Virus record (IMG/VR): IMGVR_UViG_3300032214_001034
Span: 10,469 to 74,468 of that record
DNA length: 64,000 bases
From: a virus
Direction: 5' to 3' (one strand)
The notes under the pieces are model-generated. The model saw only the letters and a list, made by a program, of their open reading frames with translations, searched no databases and was not told where the DNA came from. Position numbers and translations under genes: made by a program. Below, piece after piece: positions 56,220 through 63,886 of this stretch. Numbering within the stretch: the stretch's first letter is position 1; every line of letters starts with the position of its first letter.

Positions 56220-56243
56220 GGAGGGTTTATCCCTCCTTTTTTT
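56220..56243 (+). terminator. Rho-independent terminator
   Basis: GGAGGG-TTTAT-CCCTCC-TTTTTTT. Confidence 0.8.
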
Positions 56244-56278
56244 ATGCGAATAAATAACTAGAAATAGGTTTGGGAATA

Positions 56279-57193
56279 ATGCCCACGAATGCATCAAGAC
56301 TATCTGATTTTGGATCGGGAATAGGCACTCAAGGTGCAGTGCTTCAGGTTGATAATGCAAATCAGCGTATTGGTATTGGTACAACAAATCCACAAGCAAT
56401 GCTTCAGGTTGGAACTGGAGTTTCTGTGTATGGGAATAGTGGTATTGTAAGTGCAACTGCGTTTTATGGTGACGGAAGTAACTTAACTGGTATCAATATC
56501 AATTATGTATCAAATGCTGGCATTGCAACTTATGCGACTACTGCTGGTATTGCAACAAATGCACAAGGATTAACAGGAACACCAAATATTGTAATTAATA
56601 ATATTGCTGGTGCTGCAGCTACATTTAGTGGCAATGTGTCAATTGCTGGTACATTAACTTATGAAGATGTAACCAACGTTGACTCTGTTGGTCTAATCAC
56701 GGCAAGAAGTGGTGTAAGAATTAATAGTGGTGGATTAGTTGTAACTGCAGGAGTTTCTACATTAACTACATTAATTCCAGACGAAACTAGGTTTGTAACT
56801 GTTGCAGAAAAACTTACAAGAATTGATGGAAATACGGTAAATCTTACCTACAGTTCCAATGGTTCTAATATTGGATTAGCAACAAATCCAAGTGGTAATA
56901 TTACGCTCAACGTAACTGGAATTCCAACATCAAGTGATTTTGATAATCACGTTATTACCTTTAGTGTCTTTGTTACTAATACTGGAACTGCAAGATCTTG
57001 TACTGCAGTTAATCTAAATGGAGTATCAAAAACTATTAACTGGGCAGGTGGTTCACTTGGAGAGGCAACTTCTGGAGTAACTACATCAAATGGAATAGAC
57101 ATTTATAGTTTTACTGGAATTAATACAGTTGGATCTGCAAGTACAACTGCAAATTATAGAGTTCTTGGAGTAGTTAATGGGGGGTATAGATGA
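56279..57193 (+). CDS. Stalk with fused C-terminal adaptor domain (type C)
   Basis: ATG at 56279; IGIGTTNP, FYGDGSNLTGI, TLTYEDVTNVDSVG, I.W.GG...DIYSF...NYRV. Confidence 0.6.
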   Translation: MPTNASRLSDFGSGIGTQGAVLQVDNANQRIGIGTTNPQAMLQVGTGVSVYGNSGIVSATAFYGDGSNLTGININYVSNAGIATYATTAGIATNAQGLTGTPNIVINNIAGAAATFSGNVSIAGTLTYEDVTNVDSVGLITARSGVRINSGGLVVTAGVSTLTTLIPDETRFVTVAEKLTRIDGNTVNLTYSSNGSNIGLATNPSGNITLNVTGIPTSSDFDNHVITFSVFVTNTGTARSCTAVNLNGVSKTINWAGGSLGEATSGVTTSNGIDIYSFTGINTVGSASTTANYRVLGVVNGGYR

Positions 57194-57196
57194 TTT

Positions 57197-58132
57197 ATGG
57201 CACCTATTTTAAGTAGAGTTGGATTTGATAAAGGATTTGGTAGAAGAAGAGGAGGAGCAAGTAGTGTTGCTGCTGCTTTTGCCACTGGTGGAGATTTAAG
57301 AAGTGCGTATTTGGCACCTGATGGATATTATTATCACACTTTTTCAACTCCAGGAACTTTTACTGTAATTTCAGGATCTAAAAATGTAGAACTTCTTGTT
57401 GTTGGTGGTGGTGGCGGCAGTACTGGATCTGGAGGCGGCGCAGGCGGTGGTGGTATAGTTTATGTTCCAAGTTTTCCTGTTTCTTCTCCAATTTCTGTTA
57501 ATGTTGGTTCTGGTGGTCTGGTTGCTGCCGTACCAGCAAATGATGGAAGTCCTTCTAGTTTTGGTCCTACGGTTGTTGCTACTGGAGGAGGTGGGGGTTA
57601 TACTGATGGAACTGGTTATGGTGCAGGAAGACCTGGTGGAAGTGGAAGCGGTGGTTTAGGTCCAGGTAATCCCGGTGGCAGTAGTGTTTCTCCACCAAGC
57701 ACTGGTGGTGGAACTGCTTATGGAAATCCAGGTGGTGCCGGTTATTCTAGAGCTTCTGGTGGTGGCGGTGGCGGTGCTGGTGCTGCCGGAAGTCCTTCTG
57801 GACCTGGTGGTAATGGTCAACCTTTTCCACAATTTTCTTATTCAAATGTTTTTCCTACACCAATAGCATCATCATTAAATCCATATTCCCCAACAACTAA
57901 TCATTATGCTGGAGGAGGAGGAGGAGGACAATCAGAATCTGGCACTATTTTTCCTGGCGGATTTGGTGGTGGTGGACAATCTGCTGCATTTGATGCCTCT
58001 CCTGGACTTGCTGGGACAGGAGTAAATTATCTAGGAGGAGGCGGCGGCGGTTCTTCAACACGTTCTGGAGTCGGAACTAAAGGTGGTGCTGCCGGTGGAT
58101 CTGGAATAGTAGTAGTTCGTTATCTACCATAA
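57197..58132 (+). CDS. Gly/Pro-rich adhesin tip (one domain)
   Basis: MAP...GFGRRR N-terminus like 47825 ORF; ends GSGIVVVRY. Confidence 0.65.
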   Translation: MAPILSRVGFDKGFGRRRGGASSVAAAFATGGDLRSAYLAPDGYYYHTFSTPGTFTVISGSKNVELLVVGGGGGSTGSGGGAGGGGIVYVPSFPVSSPISVNVGSGGLVAAVPANDGSPSSFGPTVVATGGGGGYTDGTGYGAGRPGGSGSGGLGPGNPGGSSVSPPSTGGGTAYGNPGGAGYSRASGGGGGGAGAAGSPSGPGGNGQPFPQFSYSNVFPTPIASSLNPYSPTTNHYAGGGGGGQSESGTIFPGGFGGGGQSAAFDASPGLAGTGVNYLGGGGGGSSTRSGVGTKGGAAGGSGIVVVRYLP

Positions 58133-58141
58133 AACATAAAA

Positions 58142-58198
58142 GACACTTTAAAAACTGGCACACCATACCCCGCAGAACCACCTGTGGGGTCTTATAAT
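58142..58198 (+). promoter_or_regulatory. GACA-N8-ACTGGCACA-N30-TATAAT promoter, copy 1
   Basis: Identical spacing in three copies; inverted repeat in the spacer. Confidence 0.7.
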
Positions 58199-58219
58199 AT
58201 CTGGAGACACACGAAACCG

Positions 58220-58324
58220 ATGAGGTACTCCACACTGGACAGATTGATTTTTGTCTCCAGTTTCCTGTGGTTCATTCACTGGGCTGCTAAAGTATCTGAA
58301 CTAACCTTCAACGCACTGTTCTGA
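58220..58324 (+). CDS. 34-aa membrane peptide (not in ORF track)
   Basis: MRYSTLDRLIFVSSFLWFIHWAAKVSELTFNALF*; TGATG-coupled to next gene. Confidence 0.55.
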   Translation: MRYSTLDRLIFVSSFLWFIHWAAKVSELTFNALF

Positions 58325-58752
58325 TGTATTGCTTGGACATCACAGGATACAACGCTCGTAAGAGACGCGCAGAAGACGCTGTAAGGTGGTTCATTCAGAA
58401 ATACTTACCACGACACCATATCTACATTGAAATGCTTCACAGAGGTCTCCGTAGAGAGCAAGCATATGGTTATTGTTCTGTATCTGGAGAAATCTATCGC
58501 CCTCGTGAATTTCTGATTGAAATTGATCCCAAACTAGATCTTGAACTTTATACTAAAACTATTCTACACGAATTAGTTCATCTTCGCCAATGGGTTCAAG
58601 GCACACTCAAAGAACGCAGAGGTAAGATGTATTACAAAGACATCAATTGTGATGATTTGGATTATTGGGAACAACCTCACGAGATCGAAGCACACTCACT
58701 GGAAGAAATGTATTACCACGACTACTTGACAGACACCCATCAAACCCACTAG
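58324..58752 (+). CDS. Zinc metallopeptidase (HExxH)
   Basis: TILHELVHLRQ and Y..QP.E.EA. Confidence 0.75.
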   Translation: MYCLDITGYNARKRRAEDAVRWFIQKYLPRHHIYIEMLHRGLRREQAYGYCSVSGEIYRPREFLIEIDPKLDLELYTKTILHELVHLRQWVQGTLKERRGKMYYKDINCDDLDYWEQPHEIEAHSLEEMYYHDYLTDTHQTH

Positions 58753-58755
58753 AAT
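58726..58755 (+). promoter_or_regulatory. Sigma70-type promoter
   Basis: TTGACA-18 nt-TAGAAT. Confidence 0.6.
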
Positions 58756-58802
58756 ACCTTTGTTGGGTTTGATAGAAAAGCTTTAAGAAACTTAAAAACA
58801 TC

Positions 58803-59003
58803 ATGAAGACCAAGAAAAAATTTATCAACGTTGCTCCAAAAACATCAAAAAGTAAGAACAGATTTGTAAATCAGATGGATTCTCTACACGCAATGGAAGT
58901 AGAGCAAGAGAATGCTACACAAATGTTTGTTGTTTCTATCAATCGTCGCTACTGCTTTTGGTTGAATAAGGAAAATGATCCACATTGGGATGTGATTAAA
59001 TGA
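58803..59003 (+). CDS. Hypothetical cyanophage protein
   Basis: V.P.TSK.KNRF.N.M...Y.FW.....D.HW. Confidence 0.65.
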   Translation: MKTKKKFINVAPKTSKSKNRFVNQMDSLHAMEVEQENATQMFVVSINRRYCFWLNKENDPHWDVIK

Positions 59004-59311
59004 TTGGTTTGATTGCTGGACTTACTTGCGGCATTTCAACATTTTATGGACTAGGAGATGGTTTCCATGGACAAAAAACCGCCAATGGTGAACGGTTTGA
59101 TGCTTATCGTTGGACTGCAGCTCATCCTTATCTACCTATGGGTAGTAAAATTAGGGTGACAAATCAAGACAATGGAAAACAAGTCATCGTTCGTGTAAAT
59201 GATCGTGGACCCTATTCTCATGCTGATCTGGATTTGTCTTATGCTGCTTTTGCTCATATAGAGTCTGTAAAGAAAGGAAACGCTGTTGTTTGTTGGAGAG
59301 TTGTTGGATGA
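59000..59311 (+). CDS. RlpA-like double-psi beta-barrel lytic transglycosylase
   Basis: FHG.KTANGERFD....TAAH..LP.G....VTN..NG..VIVRVNDRGP....LDLS.AAF. Confidence 0.88.
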   Translation: MIGLIAGLTCGISTFYGLGDGFHGQKTANGERFDAYRWTAAHPYLPMGSKIRVTNQDNGKQVIVRVNDRGPYSHADLDLSYAAFAHIESVKKGNAVVCWRVVG

Positions 59312-59679
59312 AAAAACTTCTGATTCTTGTCGCACTTCTTTTTTCTTCTCCTGCAATTGCACAAGAGAAGCATACTTATCGACCATTTCGATATGAAACT
59401 GCATGTGGAATTGAATCAAAAAGTGAATTTCTCACTGACACATGTATCGTGATTGAAACTCGTGAAAAAGGTGGAGCACTTCGGAGTCGTAATATCTTTT
59501 CAAACAAATTTGCTCTAACAATTAAGAGTCGATATGATAATGAAAAAGGATACTTGACATGGGATAGTCATAACAAGTTTGAGTATAAATGGGATTATAA
59601 AGTTGGTGGTAGTCAAGATCTTGGAGTTTGGACATATGTAATGCCAGGATTTCTTGTTCAAAATATCTCATGGGAGTAG
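59308..59679 (+). CDS. Hypothetical secreted protein
   Basis: Signal peptide MKKLLILVALLFSSPAIA. Confidence 0.65.
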   Translation: MKKLLILVALLFSSPAIAQEKHTYRPFRYETACGIESKSEFLTDTCIVIETREKGGALRSRNIFSNKFALTIKSRYDNEKGYLTWDSHNKFEYKWDYKVGGSQDLGVWTYVMPGFLVQNISWE

Positions 59680-59721
59680 TTTCTATAAACTGAATTAAAT
59701 AGATATTAATTGGAGAGTATT

Positions 59722-59907
59722 ATGGTTGAGTTACTCGCTACAACTGTAATCAGTTGTTCTGATGCAGTAAGAATTATCAATCGACTATCAAATGTTATTG
59801 GTCTTTCTTATCAACAAAGGATAGAGATTATTCAAGTCGTCAGCCAACAAGTTCCAACTTGTCCTCTGAAAATTATTTCTGATGAAAGACCAAAATCCAG
59901 TAACTGA
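59722..59907 (+). CDS. Hypothetical protein
   Basis: GGAG RBS before ATG 59722. Confidence 0.55.
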   Translation: MVELLATTVISCSDAVRIINRLSNVIGLSYQQRIEIIQVVSQQVPTCPLKIISDERPKSSN

Positions 59908-60076
59908 TAATGAATCCAAAGATATAAAGTGGAATCGTGGACTTGATTTGTTTATTGAATCAGTTTATAAACCTGATAATGAATTGCGTCAGTGTTCTCA
60001 TAATCAAAAATGTTACAATGAACTCCTTGAAGTTCGTGAAACAGTGTTAGAATATCTCAAAACACTGAGACGATGA
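59882..60076 (+). CDS. Hypothetical cyanophage protein
   Basis: KWNRGLDLFIESV.KPD.ELRQC.HNQ.CY.EL. Confidence 0.65.
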   Translation: MKDQNPVTDNESKDIKWNRGLDLFIESVYKPDNELRQCSHNQKCYNELLEVRETVLEYLKTLRR

Positions 60077-60309
60077 CAACGCAATACATTTATCTGGTTA
60101 TATTCTTCTGTATTGGATACTTAATCGTAACTGATCAAAGTGTTGCGAGAGCAGTTGTACTTATAACTCAAATTACCAAGAATAAGTTTCAAGTATTTAA
60201 ATGGTGGTTGGTTCATAATCCAAAGACACCTTGGGCAAGGTATGCTATTCACCGTCGTTCTATGAAGATGGCAGAAGAACTGATGAAAGAGTTTGAAGAC
60301 AGACAATAA
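60073..60309 (+). CDS. Hypothetical membrane protein
   Basis: N-terminal hydrophobic helix; ATGA overlap. Confidence 0.6.
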   Translation: MTTQYIYLVIFFCIGYLIVTDQSVARAVVLITQITKNKFQVFKWWLVHNPKTPWARYAIHRRSMKMAEELMKEFEDRQ

Positions 60310-60354
60310 ACTGGCACATAGCACCTTGATTTTCTTGTCAAGAGATCTTATAGT
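60298..60354 (+). promoter_or_regulatory. GACA-N8-ACTGGCACA-N30-TATAGT promoter, copy 2
   Basis: Same spacing as copies at 58142 and 61591. Confidence 0.7.
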
Positions 60355-60377
60355 ATAAACATTGAAACACTCTCACT

Positions 60378-60800
60378 ATGACTTACAACGCTGAAGTTCA
60401 ATTCAAGTTTGATGCAACCTGGACTCCTGGTTATAGTTCATCATTCTCTGATGATGACTTTATTCCTGAAGAACACTATTTGATTACTGCTCCTGCTGCT
60501 GATCTGAATGCCAAACAGTATTTCAAACTGTTTGAGAAGTTTATGCTGTGTGTTGGTATGAATCCCGCAAGTATTCGCAGTGGTGCGATGTCTTTGGTCT
60601 TTAATGATTGGGTGAGTGAAGATGAACAACGTAAGGTCTGTAAAGAATATGAGATCACAATGGATGAAGATCTTGAAGAGAAGTTCAAAGAATGGAAAGT
60701 GCGGGATGAAGAGATTGCCCGACTGATGAAAGCACCTAAAGGTCCGATGGGAACTGTGTTGAGCGAAGAAGAACTGACTAATTTGGAGGAAGGGCAATGA
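60378..60800 (+). CDS. Hypothetical protein
   Basis: 140-aa ORF directly after promoter. Confidence 0.65.
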   Translation: MTYNAEVQFKFDATWTPGYSSSFSDDDFIPEEHYLITAPAADLNAKQYFKLFEKFMLCVGMNPASIRSGAMSLVFNDWVSEDEQRKVCKEYEITMDEDLEEKFKEWKVRDEEIARLMKAPKGPMGTVLSEEELTNLEEGQ

Positions 60801-61066
60801 AACTGATTTCCTTTAAGCATCGTGAGGATTATGGAGATGAGTGGTATGCTCAAGTCCTTCACAACAAACGCTGGGCAATTCTTCAAGCATCAGTTTCTTG
60901 GAATGAATATGCTGGTTGGCCTTTTATTCAAATCAAATCGGGATCAGGTACTCTCTTGAGTATTATGTTCTGGGTGTATAAATTTGGGTTTGATATTGGG
61001 TTCTGTGAACATACTTGGAACTTTGAGTATCTGAAAGATCTTGAGGATGAAAATGAAACTCCTTGA
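60797..61066 (+). CDS. Small aromatic beta-rich protein (paralog family)
   Basis: MKL.....ED.G.EWY.QVL. Confidence 0.6.
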   Translation: MKLISFKHREDYGDEWYAQVLHNKRWAILQASVSWNEYAGWPFIQIKSGSGTLLSIMFWVYKFGFDIGFCEHTWNFEYLKDLEDENETP

Positions 61067-61355
61067 TTACGCACACTACGAAGATTTTGGACATGAATGG
61101 TATTTTCAAGTTCTCTCATTTTATTCAAAGTTTGCTCTGATTGATGGATGTGTTCAGTGGGATGAATACCCAGCAACAGAACTATTTCCTATGTTGTTGA
61201 TAAGTTTTGGTAGTCGTTCACTTACTGGGTTCTCGTTCCGTTGGAAATGGTTTCAAATTCGGTGTGATTTTCTGACATCTGAACCACGCAATCTAAACAA
61301 CTATCGAGAAGGTAGAACTGTTTATTACAAAGTGAGGAAGAATGAGATTTCGTAA
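61053..61355 (+). CDS. Small aromatic beta-rich protein (paralog family)
   Basis: MKLLDYAHYEDFGHEWYFQVL; paralog of 60797 ORF. Confidence 0.6.
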   Translation: MKLLDYAHYEDFGHEWYFQVLSFYSKFALIDGCVQWDEYPATELFPMLLISFGSRSLTGFSFRWKWFQIRCDFLTSEPRNLNNYREGRTVYYKVRKNEIS

Positions 61356-61602
61356 TATTGAGTTCCGTTGGAGCAAATGCAACAACAAGTATGAACTCGT
61401 CAAGTGGAATCAACGCAATGGTTCCGTAGAAGAGACTTGTTATGTGATTGCTTTCTTTGATAAAGGTTCAGAGTGTTATGATATGAGAACCATAGGTGAT
61501 AGGTTCTTTGAGGATAAAGATGCCTGGGTTGTGGGTAAGTATGGTTTGGAGTTTCTAAATGAAATTTTTGAGATTGAGAAGCAGGAAGAGGACAATCTCT
61601 AA
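61342..61602 (+). CDS. Hypothetical protein
   Basis: 86-aa ORF with GAGG RBS. Confidence 0.6.
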   Translation: MRFRNIEFRWSKCNNKYELVKWNQRNGSVEETCYVIAFFDKGSECYDMRTIGDRFFEDKDAWVVGKYGLEFLNEIFEIEKQEEDNL

Positions 61603-61647
61603 ACTGGCACAGGGCATCTCCACAGGTGCCCTTTTTCGTTGTATAAT
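61591..61647 (+). promoter_or_regulatory. GACA-N8-ACTGGCACA-N30-TATAAT promoter, copy 3 (overlaps a terminator-like hairpin)
   Basis: Same spacing; AGGGCA..TGCCCT-TTTT in the spacer. Confidence 0.7.
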
Positions 61648-61668
61648 GACTTCATACACAACAAACCG

Positions 61669-61845
61669 ATGAACTACCTCTGCCTTGTTGATGGTGTCAT
61701 AGAATACGGCAGCACAGACCTCTACCAATTCAATCATTATCGTATGATGTATTACGAAGACCATAAAGATGCTGAAAATGTAGAGTATCTTGTGCTGACT
61801 GATGAAGCATACAACGAAATGTTCCCTTGTGAGGATGAAGAATGA
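61669..61845 (+). CDS. Hypothetical protein
   Basis: Start reassigned to ATG after AAACCG leader, as at 58220. Confidence 0.55.
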   Translation: MNYLCLVDGVIEYGSTDLYQFNHYRMMYYEDHKDAENVEYLVLTDEAYNEMFPCEDEE

Positions 61846-62084
61846 AACTCTTTCAATACGATAAAAAAGTATGGGATGATGGTGATACTGACTACACTTG
61901 GCAGTTTGGTATTATCAACAATAAAACATTACTCTGGGTTCATTATGAAAATCCCAGTCGTTTAGTTTTTAGTGATGGTGGATTACACATCTTATTCTCA
62001 TTCTTTACTAATTCTTTATTTGGAGTAGATTTTCAAGTTGGAAAATATGGTTTAAGTTTTTATTTCTTTACTGAATACTGTTGA
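61842..62084 (+). CDS. Small aromatic beta-rich protein (distant paralog)
   Basis: MKLF.......D.G....WQ, C-terminal SLFG.DFQV.K.G. Confidence 0.5.
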   Translation: MKLFQYDKKVWDDGDTDYTWQFGIINNKTLLWVHYENPSRLVFSDGGLHILFSFFTNSLFGVDFQVGKYGLSFYFFTEYC

Positions 62085-62092
62085 TGGGTGGG

Positions 62093-62311
62093 ATGATGAC
62101 CAACGAAGAAATCCTTGAACTTGTGAGATTTCACTTTGAAGAGGGTGGATTGAGAGACGATGGTAGTTGTTCTGAATATTTTGGAACTCCTGAAAATTTT
62201 ATTAAGTTTGCCCGAGCAATCTATGAAATTGGTAATGAAAATGGTTGGGAAAGTCACCAAGAAAGTGTATCCCTGAACTCCTCTTATCCTACTGATTATA
62301 ACTATGACTGA
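62093..62311 (+). CDS. Hypothetical protein
   Basis: MT.EEILEL...FARAIYE.G. Confidence 0.55.
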   Translation: MMTNEEILELVRFHFEEGGLRDDGSCSEYFGTPENFIKFARAIYEIGNENGWESHQESVSLNSSYPTDYNYD

Positions 62312-62510
62312 CGCAGCATACAAAGTTTGGGAAGCATTCAAAGCAGAATTGATTGTAGAACCCACAGATGATATGAAACAAGCATTAGCATCTTCTATTC
62401 GTGTGATTTCTTCTCTCATTTATAGAGATGGAGTGCTTGCAAATGAACCTTGGCTTACTCATACTGCTCAAGAACTAAATGAAATTGCTGGTGATGTGGA
62501 GGCACTATGA
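62304..62510 (+). CDS. Hypothetical protein
   Basis: MT..A.KV.EAF...LA...R; similar to 62668 ORF. Confidence 0.55.
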   Translation: MTDAAYKVWEAFKAELIVEPTDDMKQALASSIRVISSLIYRDGVLANEPWLTHTAQELNEIAGDVEAL

Positions 62511-62671
62511 AAATCTATTGTGTGGTTGATAATGTTGATTTAGGTTATCATATTGAGTATGCTTCCACTTCCAAAGACAAAGCAAATGAGGTATTGCTTA
62601 CGAAACTTCAAGAAGAAAGACAAAAATTTTATGTTACTTATGAAATGATTGAGATTGAGGTAGAAGAATGA
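62507..62671 (+). CDS. Hypothetical 54-aa protein (not in ORF track)
   Basis: MKIYCVVDNVDLGYHIEYAS...IEVEE*; GGAGG RBS, ATGA overlaps at both ends. Confidence 0.6.
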   Translation: MKIYCVVDNVDLGYHIEYASTSKDKANEVLLTKLQEERQKFYVTYEMIEIEVEE

Positions 62672-62850
62672 CTGAACGAGCACAAAGAGTAAAAGAAGCA
62701 TTTTGGGAAAACACAGAATATCCAGATGACCTTGATGAATGGAACCTTGCTAATGCTCTCCGTGAGACAATCAACCAACTCCAACAAAGCCCTGGTGTGA
62801 TTATGTGTGCTGACCTGTTAGAATTGTGTGAGGAGATTGAAAAACTATGA
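62668..62850 (+). CDS. Hypothetical protein
   Basis: MTERAQRVKEAF...LANALRE. Confidence 0.55.
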   Translation: MTERAQRVKEAFWENTEYPDDLDEWNLANALRETINQLQQSPGVIMCADLLELCEEIEKL

Positions 62851-63020
62851 AAATCCAAGAAAAATATTACAACGATTATCCAAAAGAACCTATTGGTGGT
62901 GGTAATCCTTATTACTGTTGTTCTTATTGCGGAAAAAGTGACCCAGAAATCAACGGAGAAATCAAAAATCACGCAGAATGGTGTGAGTATCGTATCCAAA
63001 AGGAATTGGAGGCACTATGA
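62847..63020 (+). CDS. 57-aa putative zinc-finger protein (not in ORF track)
   Basis: YYCCSYCGK...H...CEYR; ATGA overlaps at both ends. Confidence 0.55.
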   Translation: MKIQEKYYNDYPKEPIGGGNPYYCCSYCGKSDPEINGEIKNHAEWCEYRIQKELEAL

Positions 63021-63235
63021 AATTTGAAGGATTTGATTGGGCAATTTTTTCTTTGTTTTTTGGTATAATCGTTGCTGGTAGTATCATCACCTATGATGCT
63101 CAACAACAACGAGTAACATTCCAACAAACATATAATAAGAACTTGGAGTGTCGTCAAGCACTCAAAGACCAAACAGTAGTAAGAGTGAATGAGATTTGTG
63201 GAGAAGTTCCTGTGATTGGAGATTTTGTGAAATGA
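63017..63235 (+). CDS. Hypothetical membrane protein
   Basis: One TM segment; GGAGG RBS. Confidence 0.55.
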   Translation: MKFEGFDWAIFSLFFGIIVAGSIITYDAQQQRVTFQQTYNKNLECRQALKDQTVVRVNEICGEVPVIGDFVK

Positions 63236-63432
63236 TTGAACCAGGTATTATTATTCCTTTTATACTGGGTATTCCAACGATTGCTACTGTGATATTCTTT
63301 CTTGGTTTCAATATCGGTGGGCATAATGGTATGAGTGTAGGAAAGAATGAGGGTATTGTGTATTGCATAGAGAAACCAAAAGAGTGTAAGATTGCTTATG
63401 ATTACCTAAAACTTCAAGAGAACCAGAAATGA
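63232..63432 (+). CDS. Hypothetical membrane protein
   Basis: TM segment then GIVYCIEKPKECK. Confidence 0.55.
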   Translation: MIEPGIIIPFILGIPTIATVIFFLGFNIGGHNGMSVGKNEGIVYCIEKPKECKIAYDYLKLQENQK

Positions 63433-63713
63433 ACCAAATACTTGAAGGTTGGAAAATGGTTCTCAAAGATTATCGGCACTGGAAAATGATACTCAAATAT
63501 CCTTATGATGCTTTTGATTGTGCCGTTTTCTTTGGTAATCTTGCTGAACCACCAAACTCACTTGATGATTATATCAAAGAATTGAAAGAACTTGACCCAG
63601 ATTGGGAAAAGAATTATTATGATAATCTCTGGGAACTTTATGGTGATATTGAACAACGAATGGACGAAACAGATAAGTTGCTTGAAGAAGTTGATGAGGT
63701 ATTAAAAGAATGA
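63429..63713 (+). CDS. Hypothetical protein
   Basis: 94-aa ORF, ATGA overlaps. Confidence 0.55.
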   Translation: MNQILEGWKMVLKDYRHWKMILKYPYDAFDCAVFFGNLAEPPNSLDDYIKELKELDPDWEKNYYDNLWELYGDIEQRMDETDKLLEEVDEVLKE

Positions 63714-63886
63714 TTGAACTTCGTATCGTGGAAAATGAACTGGGAATGAAACCAGATATTCAGTATCGTCATCATATGCTTAGAGTTGATGCAAATGGAG
63801 CATTATGCCCACCTCCATATGAGTATGTGTGGAGTGAATGGAAAACGGCTCCTTATGTAAACGCAGAGGAGATTGAAAATGATTGA
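63710..63886 (+). CDS. Hypothetical 58-aa protein (not in ORF track)
   Basis: MIELRIVENE...IQYR...WSEWK...*; ATGA overlap. Confidence 0.55.
   Translation: MIELRIVENELGMKPDIQYRHHMLRVDANGALCPPPYEYVWSEWKTAPYVNAEEIEND

Noticed and set aside
31161-57866. Many alternative-frame and antisense ORFs rich in Pro, His, Val or Trp
   Set aside because: Shadows of GGT/GGA glycine-codon runs in the real genes; no RBS or promoter support
35982-58132. Diversity-generating retroelement or invertase shufflon behind tip variation
   Set aside because: No reverse transcriptase, recombinase, adenine-specific TR/VR pair or inverted cassettes in this window; cannot exclude one elsewhere in the genome
35982-58132. 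Collagen-like or PE-PGRS annotation for the Gly-rich genes
   Set aside because: No sustained Gly-X-Y periodicity and no PE domain; runs are GGGG-type, consistent with polyglycine-II bundles
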